A stretch of DNA of 64,000 nt from contig CAZALK010000002.1 in NCBI GenBank assembly GCA_964486045.1, forward strand, positions 64,001 through 128,000, in the 5' to 3' direction. This DNA comes from an uncultured archaeon. Its GTDB lineage: Archaea > Asgardarchaeota > Lokiarchaeia > Sigyniarchaeales > SOKP01. How positions within the stretch are numbered: the first letter of the stretch is position 1; each line of letters begins with the position of its first letter. Below, piece after piece: positions 51,515-63,500 of this stretch. The notes below the pieces were generated by a model. The model had not been told where the DNA came from, did not search any database, and saw only the letters and a list, made by a program, of their open reading frames with translations. The position numbers and the translations under genes are program-made.

Positions 51515-51637
51515 GTTAGCATTAAGAATATTTGTGATTTTTAAACAAGCGTCTATGTCATTTTTAGAAGAACGCAAAAGATTAATTTGATTTTTAATTT
51601 TAAAAAGTATAAAAATTCAAATTTCAATATTGATAAA

Positions 51638-52996
51638 ATGTACAAATATAGTGTATCTATTCTAGGAACAGGATTTATTGGATTATGTTCCGCTGCTTGT
51701 TTTGCTCAAAAAGATATAAAAGTATTTGCATCTACACATAATCAAAAGAAAGCAGAAATGATTAATAATGCAATATCTCCTTTTTATGAGAAAGGATTAG
51801 CAGAAATGCTTACTGAGATAAAAAAAGAAAAAGCAGAGCTTCTGAAATGTTTAACTAATCCAGTTCAAGCAGTGTTAGAAACAGAAGTCTCAATGATCAC
51901 CCAAGGAACACCAATGAGACCAGATAAATCCATAAATTTAGGTTTTATAGAGAGTACAGCACGAGAAATAGGTGAAGCTATCAAAAAAAGTGATAAATAT
52001 CATTTAGTTGTAGTTAGATCTACTGTTGTTCCAGGAACTACAAGGAATTTAGTAGGTAAAACGATTACTAATGTCTCTGGTAAAGAAGCTGGTAAGGATT
52101 TTGGATTATGTATGCAACCTGAATTTTTAGCAGAGGGTAGGTCGATTGAAGATACTCTTCGACCTGATCGGATTATTATTGGTGAAATTGACGAAAGAAG
52201 TGGAGCGATGCTTCAAGAGTTATATGAATATTTTTATGGGGATCATTTAAAAAATTGTCCTATAAAGAGAATGAACCTAGAGAGCGCTGAACTAGTCAAA
52301 TACGGAAATAATTGCCTATTAGCAACAAAGATTTCTTATGCTAATGAATTTGCGAACCTTGCTGAATTAGTTCCTAATGTTGATGTAGCCCAAGTTATGG
52401 AAGGCGTAGGCTTAGATTACAGGATTAATCATAGGTTTCTTGGCGCTGGTGTAGGTTTTGGAGGTGCATGTTTTCATAAAGACGTAAATGCTATAACTAA
52501 ATGGTCAAGATCTAAAGGTTATACTTCAAAAATACTAGAAGCAGTGTTGGAGAGAAATGATCTCAGGGCTATTCGGATTGTTGATATAGCTGAAGGGCTA
52601 ATAGGAAAATTAGAAGGGAAAAAAATTACACTACTTGGCCTTTCTTTTAAACCTGGAACTGATGATATGAGAGAAGCGCCAAGTATAAGAATTATAAACG
52701 AATTATTAAGAAGAAATGTGACCGATATAGTGGGATATGATCCTAAAGCTAAAGAATCAGCAGAAGAAGCAATAGGCAGTAAAATAGAATATGCTGATTC
52801 GATTGACGAAGCGTTAAAGGATTCAGAATGTGTTCTGTTGGTTACTGAATGGGAAGAATTTAAGACATTAACACCAGATGATTTTAAGAAATGGATGAAA
52901 ACTCCTAATCTCGTAGATGGAAGAAGACTCTATGATTATGAAAAATTCAATAGCGCTTTACCATTTAGAGCAATCGGTCGTATTAATTTAGCTTAA
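51638..52996 (+). CDS. ugd: UDP-glucose/GDP-mannose dehydrogenase family
   Basis: GTGFIG, RSTVVPGTT, PEFLAEG, AELVKY, GFGGACFHKD, FKPGTDDMRE, DGRR. Confidence 0.93.
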   Translation: MYKYSVSILGTGFIGLCSAACFAQKDIKVFASTHNQKKAEMINNAISPFYEKGLAEMLTEIKKEKAELLKCLTNPVQAVLETEVSMITQGTPMRPDKSINLGFIESTAREIGEAIKKSDKYHLVVVRSTVVPGTTRNLVGKTITNVSGKEAGKDFGLCMQPEFLAEGRSIEDTLRPDRIIIGEIDERSGAMLQELYEYFYGDHLKNCPIKRMNLESAELVKYGNNCLLATKISYANEFANLAELVPNVDVAQVMEGVGLDYRINHRFLGAGVGFGGACFHKDVNAITKWSRSKGYTSKILEAVLERNDLRAIRIVDIAEGLIGKLEGKKITLLGLSFKPGTDDMREAPSIRIINELLRRNVTDIVGYDPKAKESAEEAIGSKIEYADSIDEALKDSECVLLVTEWEEFKTLTPDDFKKWMKTPNLVDGRRLYDYEKFNSALPFRAIGRINLA

Positions 52997-53138
52997 AACT
53001 TTAAACTTTTCTATATAATAATGTAATTTTTTTGACCATCTTTTTATCTATATAAATGGAAACATTAATTTTATAGGCAAGCTATTATATATGTATGAGT
53101 AATAGATGATAAAATATAATTGAGAGAAAAGGTAAAAA

Positions 53139-53393
53139 ATGAAAGTTTATAAAGATTCCATCGAGGAAATAAAAGAAAGTATGATTGTGGTTAAGAAAAA
53201 CTGTGAATTGTGTGGGAAAAAAGTAAAAATGTATCAGAGGAAATATGATAGACCCTATAAATTTGTTTTTATAAATATCACTCAAAACCCTCCAAAGCAT
53301 TATTTTTGTTCTAAAAAATGTAAAACCACGTGGATCTTTAAGCCAAATAAGCGCCGAAATTATAATTTAGAAGCACCTATCCCAAATCCTTAA
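53139..53393 (+). CDS. Small TRASH/MYM-type zinc-finger protein
   Basis: CELCGK...FCSKKC. Confidence 0.6.
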   Translation: MKVYKDSIEEIKESMIVVKKNCELCGKKVKMYQRKYDRPYKFVFINITQNPPKHYFCSKKCKTTWIFKPNKRRNYNLEAPIPNP

Positions 53394-53783
53394 GTTTAAG
53401 AATAGTACCTAAATTATAAAACAGTAATTAGAATTTAGAAATATAATATCTAATCTCTCTTGATATATTTGTTCCTTTTTATAAATTTAACCAACTTTTA
53501 ATTTACCTTTAACTTTTTTTATTGAAAGATTTTTAAATATAAACTTTTTCAGGTCTAAAGATTTAAATATGAAATACCTACTCTAAATTTGAACTGTTTC
53601 ATTACAAATGTACTTCTCAAAAAAATTTTTGAAATATTCTCGAAACCACAATTCAATTTAATTATGGCCTTCAAATATAATATTCATTGTTAAAATTGAT
53701 TTAATTGAAAAATTAGAAGTTAAAGTAGTTATAAGATACGGGGAGGAATTATACCTAACGATAACAAGATATATAATTTATTT

Positions 53784-54386
53784 ATGGGAATCTCTTCAAA
53801 AAAAGGGTCAAAGTATGCTAAAGAAGTAATAGACAAGCATAAAAAAGAAAAAAATGTAGAACAAGAAGAAACAGAAAAAGCCATAATTATAGAAAAATTT
53901 GAAAATTCCTTAGATATATTGTTTATCATGTTTATGAACTTAATTCAATTAAAAACAGGCTCCAGAATTGGAATGTCAGTTTCTACGGATTTAACTCGAG
54001 ATACATCAAAACTATTTACCGAAAGAATCGATAAATTCCATAATATTTTAGATAAAAACCGAGAAGTTTTAAATGATAAAATTGTTGAGAAAACGGGTAA
54101 ATATTTTGAAATTTTTGCTCCATCGGAGCTTTTAACCCCAGATGAATTCTTAAAATCAGATATAGCTTTAAATATATTAAAGGAATTTATCCATAAATAC
54201 AATAGATCTCTGAGTAGTTTTGATCGTATTTCAACAGCGTTAAAACAGTTGACTAATATCTCAAAACTTGACGGGGATTTTAAAGAACCACAAGTCAAGA
54301 AAGACAAAAAATTTATAGAGGCACTTTTGAAATTGATGATCTTAATCTCCAAACCTCCAAAAGGTATCTATGATTTTTTATCCTAA
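53784..54386 (+). CDS. Hypothetical protein
   Basis: 200-aa ORF, no recognised motif. Confidence 0.6.
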   Translation: MGISSKKGSKYAKEVIDKHKKEKNVEQEETEKAIIIEKFENSLDILFIMFMNLIQLKTGSRIGMSVSTDLTRDTSKLFTERIDKFHNILDKNREVLNDKIVEKTGKYFEIFAPSELLTPDEFLKSDIALNILKEFIHKYNRSLSSFDRISTALKQLTNISKLDGDFKEPQVKKDKKFIEALLKLMILISKPPKGIYDFLS

Positions 54387-54479
54387 TATTTTATGGCAAA
54401 TAAAGGAAATCCTTTATGTTCAGATATAGATCAAGTTTTAAACATTTCAAATACCAAAAACGTAATTAATCAAACCTTA

Positions 54480-54719
54480 ACTTATCAGGTTAGTTATTGG
54501 GTTGAAATTTCCGTACAACTTCTTGTGATAATCAGATTTTTAAGTTCGATAGAACACTCCTAATGTGGCTTTTTGTCTCTTTTTAGCAGCTTTTATAGTT
54601 TTAAGATGTGTTTCTGGTTCTTTTTCAAGATATTCAATTTGTTTGCTATATTCTGTCCATTTACGGTAACAAATTGCTGGTTGTAATAACTCTATAAACG
54701 AAAATCCTCCATTAAGTGT
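54480..54719 (-). pseudogene. Relic of 2-oxoacid:ferredoxin oxidoreductase beta subunit C-terminus
   Basis: Manual translation GGFSFIELLQPAICY...ATLGVFYRT*KSDYH resembles KorB/PorB GFSFIEVLQPC...GVFY. Confidence 0.6.
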
Positions 54720-54819
54720 GGTTTAAAAACTTAGTCTAAATTTCGATGATTGATAAGAAATATTTATCTTTTTCTTTGGTAGTCTTATGTTGATTTTCAA
54801 AAAATGATGAAAATAATTA

Positions 54820-54846
54820 TATATACTAGAAATGATCTAGTATACA
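54820..54846. promoter_or_regulatory. Perfect inverted repeat, probable antitoxin operator
   Basis: TATATACTAGA-aatga-TCTAGTATATA, ending 10 nt before ATG 54857. Confidence 0.7.
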
Positions 54847-54856
54847 TAGAACAATT

Positions 54857-55156
54857 ATGAAAATTCTATCAGTAAGAATAGATGATGATCTTGATGAAAA
54901 GTTACGGTTTTTAATGGCAAGCTTAAAAAAAAAAGATAAATCATCATACATCCGTCAATTATTAGAGAAAAGTCTAACTGAGGAAATGTTTGTAATTCTT
55001 TGTAACCAAGTTGGTGAAAAAAACATGAGTGCCTGGAAAGCTGCGGAAAAGGCTGGAGTCTCACTAAGAAAGATGATGGAGGAATTAAAAAAGCGAAATG
55101 TATCAGGATACGATGAACAAGCTATGAAGGAAGATATTGAATATGTCTTAAATTGA
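54857..55156 (+). CDS. UPF0175-family antitoxin (RHH + HTH)
   Basis: LSVRIDD, S..IRQLL, SAWKAAEKAGVS; overlaps the PIN gene. Confidence 0.85.
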   Translation: MKILSVRIDDDLDEKLRFLMASLKKKDKSSYIRQLLEKSLTEEMFVILCNQVGEKNMSAWKAAEKAGVSLRKMMEELKKRNVSGYDEQAMKEDIEYVLN

Positions 55157-55695
55157 ATAGCCAGAATATGATTGGAATTTTAAATGCTTCACCATTGATA
55201 TATCTAAGCAAAATTGGTGCATTATCTTTAATACCAAAGCTTTTTACTGAATGTTACACCACACTAATCGTTAAAAAGGAGGTATTAAGCAATGACAATG
55301 TTGCTGAATTTTCAGTTTTAAAAGATTCTTTTTCAAGTTGGCTTTTATTAAAAGAACCCATAAATCGAAAACTCGCTCACAGATTAGAAGAATTACACAT
55401 TCATGCTGGAGAAGCGTCAGTGTTAGCTCTTGCAAAGGAATTTCAAGATAATAGTAGAGAAAATGTTATTATTATTGATGATTTAGCAGCACGAGAGATT
55501 GCTAGGACATTGGGTTTAAAAGTCATAGGTACAATAGGCGTCCTCATCAAAGCAACACGAGATAAATTTATTGGTATAGAAAAATGTAAAAATTTTCTTC
55601 ATATTCTGGTAGAAAATACTACATTTAGGATAGCTTCTGCTCTATACTCAAAAATCCTTAAAGAAATTGAAAATATTAATGATAAATTTAACTAA
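55153..55695 (+). CDS. DUF3368 PIN-domain toxin
   Basis: ILNASPLI, HAGEASVLALA, IIDDLAAR, GTIGVL. Confidence 0.88.
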   Translation: MNSQNMIGILNASPLIYLSKIGALSLIPKLFTECYTTLIVKKEVLSNDNVAEFSVLKDSFSSWLLLKEPINRKLAHRLEELHIHAGEASVLALAKEFQDNSRENVIIIDDLAAREIARTLGLKVIGTIGVLIKATRDKFIGIEKCKNFLHILVENTTFRIASALYSKILKEIENINDKFN

Positions 55696-55799
55696 ATACT
55701 CAACACTTTAAAAATTCATAAATTTTTTCATTTAGATCCAAGGATTTTGCAGATTTTATCTAATCCTGTTTCCCTCGACAGTCTTTTAGTAATCGTGTT

Positions 55800-56003
55800 A
55801 TAATCTCCATATGATTCCTTGTGATATACCTGTTTTTTTAATAATATTAAGCAATTTTGGGTCAAAGTTTTGAGAATGATATTCTCTTTGCCATTCTTCA
55901 TCTCAATCCCACGTATTCAAAATATATTCCTTTAATGGTTTTTTTTTAAGCATGTATAAGAAATAGAAGTCCTTAGATTTGGCTTAATATAATTTCAACA
56001 CAT
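55800..56003 (-). pseudogene. Relic of a GNAT acetyltransferase
   Basis: DFYFLYMLKKKT/LKEYILNTWD*DEEWQREYHSQNFDP (one frameshift, one stop) resembles the WGWDEEWQ GNAT subfamily. Confidence 0.55.
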
Positions 56004-56008
56004 CATTT

Positions 56009-56509
56009 TTATTGCTTCTTTTTCATTATCTCTGTTATTAGTTTATTCCATGTCCAGATGATAACTGCTTTAGTTTCTGGAATTGTTCTAAGGACTTTTT
56101 CTAGCTCTTTATCTTCAGTTAAAAGAATACCATCAAGAGCCACTGCTGCTCCTGATATCCAACAATCCAAAAAATCTAAATGACCCGAGTGCCTAATGAT
56201 TGAAGCTATTAAACTTGCTTTTGGGTTTAATTCGGGATTAAAAATATTTACAGGTGAATTAAGAACTGTTGGGAGTATCAGTTGATATCTGTCTAAAATA
56301 CTAAAATCATTTTGCTTTTTATATTCATTAAGTAGCTTAAAAACAGTTTCTATTAGACATATTGATGGGAGAAATATATCATATTTCTTTATACCGTTTT
56401 TCCATAGTAATTTTATTTGTTCTTCAAATTTGAGAGAAACATCAATTTTGATACCAAAAAGAGGTAAAACATACGTTGTATCGAGAATTATTGAATTAAT
56501 ATTCTTCAT
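56009..56509 (-). CDS. vapC: PIN-domain (VapC-like) toxin
   Basis: IILDTTY, CLIE, DFLDCWI, LLTED. Confidence 0.85.
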   Translation of the reverse strand: MKNINSIILDTTYVLPLFGIKIDVSLKFEEQIKLLWKNGIKKYDIFLPSICLIETVFKLLNEYKKQNDFSILDRYQLILPTVLNSPVNIFNPELNPKASLIASIIRHSGHLDFLDCWISGAAVALDGILLTEDKELEKVLRTIPETKAVIIWTWNKLITEIMKKKQ

Positions 56510-56756
56510 TAGTTAACTTCTCCTGAATCTTTCTCTCCTTTTCAATATCTCTTTCAATATTATCTGGAGTACCTGTAGCAATGGTGGTCATAGATAATGC
56601 CTCTTCGACAGAATAAATTTTCTTTATAATTAATTCACCTTCATGGGCTTCAATCATTATCTGATCCCCGGGTTTAATGCCTGAGGCATCTCGTAATGGT
56701 TTTTTCGGCAAAATATCTCCTTTTTTTCCAACAACCGTCTTATCTTGTATAGTCAT
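56496..56756 (-). CDS. vapB: AbrB/MazE-type antitoxin
   Basis: VGKKGDILPKKPLRDASGIKPGD...ELIIKK; overlaps the PIN gene. Confidence 0.85.
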   Translation of the reverse strand: MTIQDKTVVGKKGDILPKKPLRDASGIKPGDQIMIEAHEGELIIKKIYSVEEALSMTTIATGTPDNIERDIEKERKIQEKLTNEEY

Positions 56757-56764
56757 AAAATATA

Positions 56765-56818
56765 TATGTTTTTCAGAATATTTATGTTTTTTCAGAAATT
56801 ACAATATTTTTGAAAAAC
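56765..56818. promoter_or_regulatory. Direct/inverted repeats upstream of the AbrB antitoxin (probable operator)
   Basis: TATGTTTTT(T)CAGAA twice, followed by the inverted TTTGAAAAAC. Confidence 0.55.
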
Positions 56819-56834
56819 TCTCTTCCCTAGATAC

Positions 56835-59800
56835 TTATTTAACAATTGGTAGAGTGAAGTAAAAAGTACTTCCTTTACTTTTTCCCTCAGATTCCATCCA
56901 GATTTTCCCCCCATGCGACTCCACAATTCTTTTTGAAATATATAATCCTAAACCCGTACCATCAATCCCTAAATCAAGCCCTTGCCCATACCGTTCAATT
57001 TTACCAAATTTTTGAAAGATTATCTTTTTCTGCTCGTTAGTAAAGCCGATTCCATTGTCTTTTACAGAAATGATCATAAAATCTCCTTCTAATTCAGTTT
57101 TTACTTCAATTTTACCCATTGGTGGAGTATACTTAATCGCATTAGTTATCAAATTTGAAAGAACGCGGTGAATCTCCTCTTTTTCAATATTAACGTACAA
57201 ATCATTTATTATTTCTAATTTAATTGATTGCTTCCTCATTTTTGCCAGCGATTCCAATTCATGCACGCAAAATTTAATAAGAAACGATAAATCCTCTCTT
57301 TGTAATTTTGGTTTTAATTCAGGTGATTCTAATCGAGATGTTTTCAAAAGGTTGTTAATAATATTCTGAAGTCTTTCGCACCCATCATTTATCTCTCTTA
57401 GATTGGAAATAATACCAGTATCTAATTGATCAGCATATAATGATAGAATAAGATCAGAAAAACCTTTAATTGAAATGAGAGGGGTTTTTAATTCGTGCGA
57501 TGCCCTTCTAAGAAATTCGGACTTCAATTTACTTAGCTCTTTTAATTTTTCTTCTACTTTTTTACGTTGTGTATTCTCAATCATTATCCCCTGAACAGCT
57601 TCTAATTTTTTTTTACTATCGTAAATTTTCTGAACTTGATTTAAAATCCATCGAATTTCTCCATTTTTGCGTATGATTCGATATTCTAAACTCTCAGCTT
57701 CAGCTGATGTAGAATGAAATAAGTCAACTTTTTTTCGAATTGTTGCTGTATCATCGGGATAAATAATTTGAATCCATTTTACTTTTCCTGTTTCAAAATC
57801 CTCAGCATTATATCCTGTAATTTCCTCAACCGCACCATCAATGAATGCAAATGAGAAATCTTGATATCCTTGAAATGCAATCCCTTGAATTTTTTGTACA
57901 AAATTGCGATATTTTTCTTCAGAATCTTTTAATTTTTGTTCAATTTTCTTTCTCTCGGTAATGTCTTTGAAGATACCTCTAGCACCCTTAAATTTTCCAT
58001 CAGAACCATACATTGCAACTACGTTTAATTCCCCTATAATTTTAGTACCATCTTTCCCTTTACAATATAAATCTGTTAAAGTAATTCTGCCATTTTTAAT
58101 TAAATTTTTCAATTCTGGAGCGAATATAGGTAGTGTTTCCTCGGCGATCAATTCAGTGATGTGCATATTCATTAATTCCTTTTTTTTATAGCCAATGAAA
58201 TCTCTATTTGCATAGATGATTTTACCTTTATCATCAATGATGTGCATAAAATCTTTAGCAGTTTCCATAAAAGTTCGATGTTTTTCTTCGGATTCCTTTA
58301 ATTCTTGTTTCGTCTTCATACGCTCGGTAATATCTACACCGATTGACTCAAAAGAGACAATTTCATCATCAACATCAAGTATTGGAATAATAGTATACTC
58401 CACTATAACTTCACGACCATCTTTAGCTATCCAATTAAGAACAGCGTTCTTTATTGGTTTTTTATTTTTGTATATCTCATCATTAATTTGTTTTAGCTTT
58501 TCTACATAATCAGGATGAATTATTTTAAATCCAAGGTCATTATTGGATGACCACTCTTCCTTTGAATATCCGAACAACCTCTCAGCAGCAGGATTTACAG
58601 GAATTGAGTGTATAATATCTTTTCCTTTGATTTTCACTCGGAAAATAGCTACATTGGCATTATCAGTTAGACGTTCATAACTTTCCTTTAAATTTCTGAT
58701 TTCTTCTTCGGCTTTCTTGCGTTCGGTAATATCAAAGATGATCCCTTGAGCACCTTCCATTTTTTTTTCATAATCATATTTCTTATGAATATTTTCTGAA
58801 ACCCATTTAGTTTCCCCATCTTTCCTGACGATTTGATACTCTCGACTGTCACTTTCTGCTGAAATTGAATGAAACGATTCAACTTTTTTTTGAACTCTTG
58901 ATACATCATCAGGATGAATAATTTGATCCCATTTTATTCTTTCTGTCATAAAATCTTCAGTTGTATATCCAGTAATTTCCTCAACCGCACCTTCAAAAAA
59001 AGTAGCTGAAAAATCTTGGTATCCTTGATACGCGATCCCTTGAATATTTTGCACAAAATTTCGATATTTTTCTTCAGATTCTTTTAATTTTAGTTCGGCT
59101 TTCTTTTGTTCGGTGATATCAAATATTACACCACTAACTTTAATGGGCTTATTTTGGTTATCACATATGTTTTGAAAATGTTCTTGAATCCATGCAATTT
59201 TTTTATCTTTGTGAATAATACGAAATTCTTGTACAGCTGAATAATGAGGAATAGTGCGAATTTTTTTAGCATTCTCAAGTATATTAGGAAGATCATCAGG
59301 ATATATAAGTTGATCCCATGTTATTTCTCTAGAAAGAAATTTCTTTTCGAGGTATCCAGTTATTTTCTCGATATTACCAAGGAAAAAAGAAGATTTAAAG
59401 TACAAGTCACCTTCATAAGCTATTCCTTGAAAATTTTCGAGGAAATAACGATATTTTTCTTCAGATACTTTTAATTTTTGTGTCCTTCTCTCAACCTTCT
59501 GTTCTAACTTGTGAGTTAGATTTTTTAATTTTTCTTCAGACTCTTTTAATTTTACCTCCTTTGCTTTATATTCTGTTAAATCAACAAAAGTCTCTTCAGA
59601 AGAAATAATTTCTCCATCAAATCCCTTATTTAATTTTATATTTACTTGTAAAAAGATCTTTTCTCCATCTATTTTTTTAGCTGGAGCTAAGTATTTCCTA
59701 ACGGTGCTTTCTTTATAAAGAATATCTCTGAATTTACTCCGCTCTTTAGAATTTAACCAATAATTTAAACCTTTAGTACCAACTAATCTTTTTTTTGGAT

Positions 59801-59945
59801 TATATCCAAAAATCTTATTTTAAGTAAAATTATGATTTAAAATAATACCATCGATCCCAACTTTTACATAACCAATATCTAAATCATTAAGTGTTTCTAG
59901 TAAAACTTCTTCTGGATTATAATTTTCATTACTTACAGATGTCAT
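56835..59945 (-). pseudogene. Multi-PAS histidine kinase with a single in-frame TAA at codon 42
   Basis: Frame reads MTSVSNEN from ATG 59945 (GAGGT upstream) to TAA at 59822-59820, then stays open to 56835; SHELKTPL, DNGIG. Confidence 0.82.
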
Positions 59946-60069
59946 AATTTATCATACCTCTCTTACTTATGAAGAAATCACTCTATTTGGTTAAATAAAT
60001 AGAACTAATTAAATATTAATATAAAATGAAATACGGTTTTATTAACTTTTGTCAAATTTCAACATTGAA

Positions 60070-60443
60070 TCCTAAAAACTTTTATACTGAATTAATTAAA
60101 AGAACCTGTAAATCGACAACTCGTCGAGAGAATAGAAGAATTACACATTCATGCTGGAGAAGCGTCAGTATTAGCCCTTGCAAAGGAATTTCAAGATAAT
60201 AGTAGAGAAAACGTTATTATAATTGATGATTTAGCAGCACGAGAGATTGCTAGGACATTGGGTTTAAAAGTCACAGGTACGATAGGTATCCTCATCAAAG
60301 CAACACGCCTTAAATTTATTGGGAGGGTAAAATGTAAAAATTTTCTGCATAATCTCGTAGAAAATACTACATTTAGGATATCTTCTGCTCTATACTCAAA
60401 AATCCTTAAAGAAATTGAAATGATTAATGATAAAGATCTTTAA
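60070..60443 (+). pseudogene. 5'-deleted duplicate of the DUF3368 PIN toxin gene
   Basis: Highly similar to ~55347-55686 (gaagaattacacattcatgctggagaagcgtcagt...); no antitoxin and no 5' end. Confidence 0.88.
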
Positions 60444-60531
60444 TCCAAATAAACACTGAATTTATAATCTAAAAACACCCATTCTAAATCTATAAATTTA
60501 GGAAAAAGTTAAGGAAAAAAGCAAAATATTA

Positions 60532-63500
60532 TTATTTTTTTGCAATTGGAAGAGTAAAGTAAAAAGTAGTTCCTCTACTTTTCCCTTCTGATTCCATCCA
60601 GATTTTTCCTTGATGTGATTCGACAATTCTTTTAGCAATATAAAGTCCTAATCCAGTCCCATCAATCCCTAAATCAAGTCCTTGCCCATAACGTTCAATT
60701 TTGCCAAATTGTTGAAAGATTATCTTTTTCTGCTCGCTAGTGAAGCCTATTCCATTGTCCTTTACCGAAATAACTACAAAATCTTTTTTTAACTCAGTTT
60801 TTATTGTAATTTTACCCTTTGGTGGAGTGTACTTAATTGCATTAGTTAGCAAGTTTGAAATAACGTCATGAATCTCTTCTTTTTCAATATTTGCGTACAA
60901 ATCGCTGTGTACATCTAATTTAATCATTTGATTCCTTTTTTCTGCCAAAGATTCTAATTCATGTACGCAGTATTTAATAAGAAATGATAAATCTTCTTTT
61001 TGGAATTTTGGTTCTAATTCAGGTGATTCTAATCTTGACGTTTTTAAAAGGTTATTAATAATATTCTGGAGTCTTTCACACCCGCCATTTATCTCTCTAA
61101 GTTTTGAAATAATAACTGGATCTAATTGATCAATATATAGAGATAAAATAAGATCGGAGAATCCCTTAATTGAAATAAGTGGGGTTTTTAATTCGTGAGA
61201 CGCCCTTCTAAGGAATTCTGACTTCAATTTACTTAACTCTTTTAATTCTTCCTCTACCTTTTTACTTTGAGTAATATCAACTATGATTCCCTGAACTCCT
61301 TCAATCATTTTTATATTATCATAGATCTTCTGATTTTTCTCTAAAATCCATCGAAGTTCTCCATCCTTCCGTACAACTCGATATTCTCGACTGTCAGTTT
61401 CAGCAGAAGTAGAATGAAATGTTTCAACCTTTTTTTGAATTATTGGTCTATCATCAGGATAAATAATGTGATCCCATTTTATTCTTCCTGTTCTAAAATC
61501 TTCAGGAGTATATCCTGTAATATCCTCAACGGCACCATCGAAAAAAGCAACTGAGAAATCTTGGTAACCTTGAAATGCAATCCCTTGAATATTTTGCACA
61601 AAAGTTCGATATTTTTCTTCAGATTCTTTTAATTTTAGTTCTGCTCTTTTTTTTTCGGTTACATCCATAGAATGGCCCACTAAAGCAGTAACTTTACCAG
61701 ACTGAAATACTGGGCCAACCCAAACTTCGAAAAATCGAACATCACCTTCTTTCGTTATATAATTTGTGAAATATGTGACTGGTTTACCTGTTTTCCAAAC
61801 TGAATTAAATGAATTTCTCGCTACTTGGTGAAATTCTTGTGGTACGAAAGTGTAAACAGAAGTACCAATGACTTCTTCTTTTGAAAGATCGGGAACTGTG
61901 CGGTTAATAGAGAGAATTCTATGTTCTCTATCTAACAACATTATGTGAGCAGGTGAGTTCTCACTAAGAGCCTTCCATTTTTCTTGGGATTCTTTTAATT
62001 TTTTTTCAAATTCCACACGTTCAGTGATATCAATAGCAGAACCAAGAATTTGTAATACTTGACCACCGCTATTTCTTTTGAACACCATAGCTCTATCAAA
62101 TACATGCACCCACTGCCCATTTTTATGTCTAAATCGATATTCCCCCTCGATTATCTCATTATCTGCTGCACTCATTAATTTTTCCATGACTTGATTAAAT
62201 TTACTTTCATCACTGGGGTGTAGTATACTTGGAAGAACATTATTTTCTAAACCAGATAATTCTTCAGGAGTATATCCCAGTATTGCTTTAACATGTGGAG
62301 CAGAATATATATTCTGGTTTTTTTCCCAATCATAAATGTATACGTGACTTGGAACTGTATTTAAAATATTTTTAACAAATTTTTCCGATTCTTTTAAACT
62401 TTGCTCTGCGTTTTTACTTTCTGTAATGTCTTGTAGTGTCGCAAGAAAATGTTTTACCGATCCATCTGAATTTCTGATGCAAGATATCGTCAAATGGGCA
62501 TAAATAATTTCTCCATTTTTTTTAATATATCGTTTATCTATTTGATAGCTATCTATTTCACCTTTCAGAATTTTATTAAATTGCTCAACATCAGATTGTA
62601 AGTCTTCGGGATAACTAAGATCTGCCCATGTCTTTTCTAGCAGTTCTTCTCTTGTAAATCCAAATATTTCGCAGATTTGATCATTATAATATACCCATTT
62701 CTTATCTATTGAAATAATTGCCATTCCAATATTTCCAAAATCCAAGAATCCCCGGAATTTTTCTTCGGATTCTTTTAATTTCAGTTCTGCTTGTTTTTTT
62801 TCTGTTACATCCATGGAATGACTCACTAAGGCGAAAACCTTACCAGATTGAATTACTGGGCCAATCCAAACATCAAAAAACTGAGTTTCACCTTCTTTAG
62901 TTATGTAGTTTGTGGAATATGTAGTTGGTTCCCCTGTTTCCCAAACTGAATTAAGAGAATCTCTCGCTATTTGGTGAAATTCTTGTGGTACGAAAGTGTA
63001 AACAGAAGTACCAATGACTTCTTCTTTTGAAAGATCGGGAACTGTGCGGTTAATAGAGAGAATTCTATGTTCTCTATCTAACAACATTATGTGAGCAGGT
63101 GAGTTCTCACTAAGAGCCTTCCATTTTTCTTGGGATTCTTTTAATTTTAGCTCTGCATCTTTGGCTTCGGTAATATCTCGTATTATAGTAATTATTTGAA
63201 TAACATTTTCTTCATCATCAAAAATAGGGATTTTTCGAGTCTCTGTTGTAATTTCTTTTCCATCAAGGAATGTGCATTCGACTGTTATCAGTGGGCTCTT
63301 ATTGTTAAAAACTGAACGATATTCGTCTAATACATTGTCAGGTAAGAAAGGGAAAGCTTCGTTTATAGTCATTCCGATCAAGATTTTACCTAAGTTAAAA
63401 TTTATAATAGATTCTCTAAGAGCGTCATTAATTAAGACAATTTCGAGATCTTGATTAATTACATGCAGCGGGTCTTCTAGTCCATTAATAATAGCCCGTA

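Noticed and set aside
59820-59822. Programmed stop-codon recoding in the kinase
   Set aside because: The codon is TAA (not TGA/TAG) and aligns with Leu; a point mutation or sequencing error is simpler
61825-63148. Diversity-generating retroelement TR/VR pair
   Set aside because: The copies are identical over the core, with no adenine-specific mismatches, and no reverse transcriptase is in the window
2349-63454. Many short antisense or overlapping ORFs in the track (e.g. 2349-2759, 8780-9052, 40446-40772, 53945-54352, 57904-58191)
   Set aside because: Shadows of well-supported genes; no recognisable motifs
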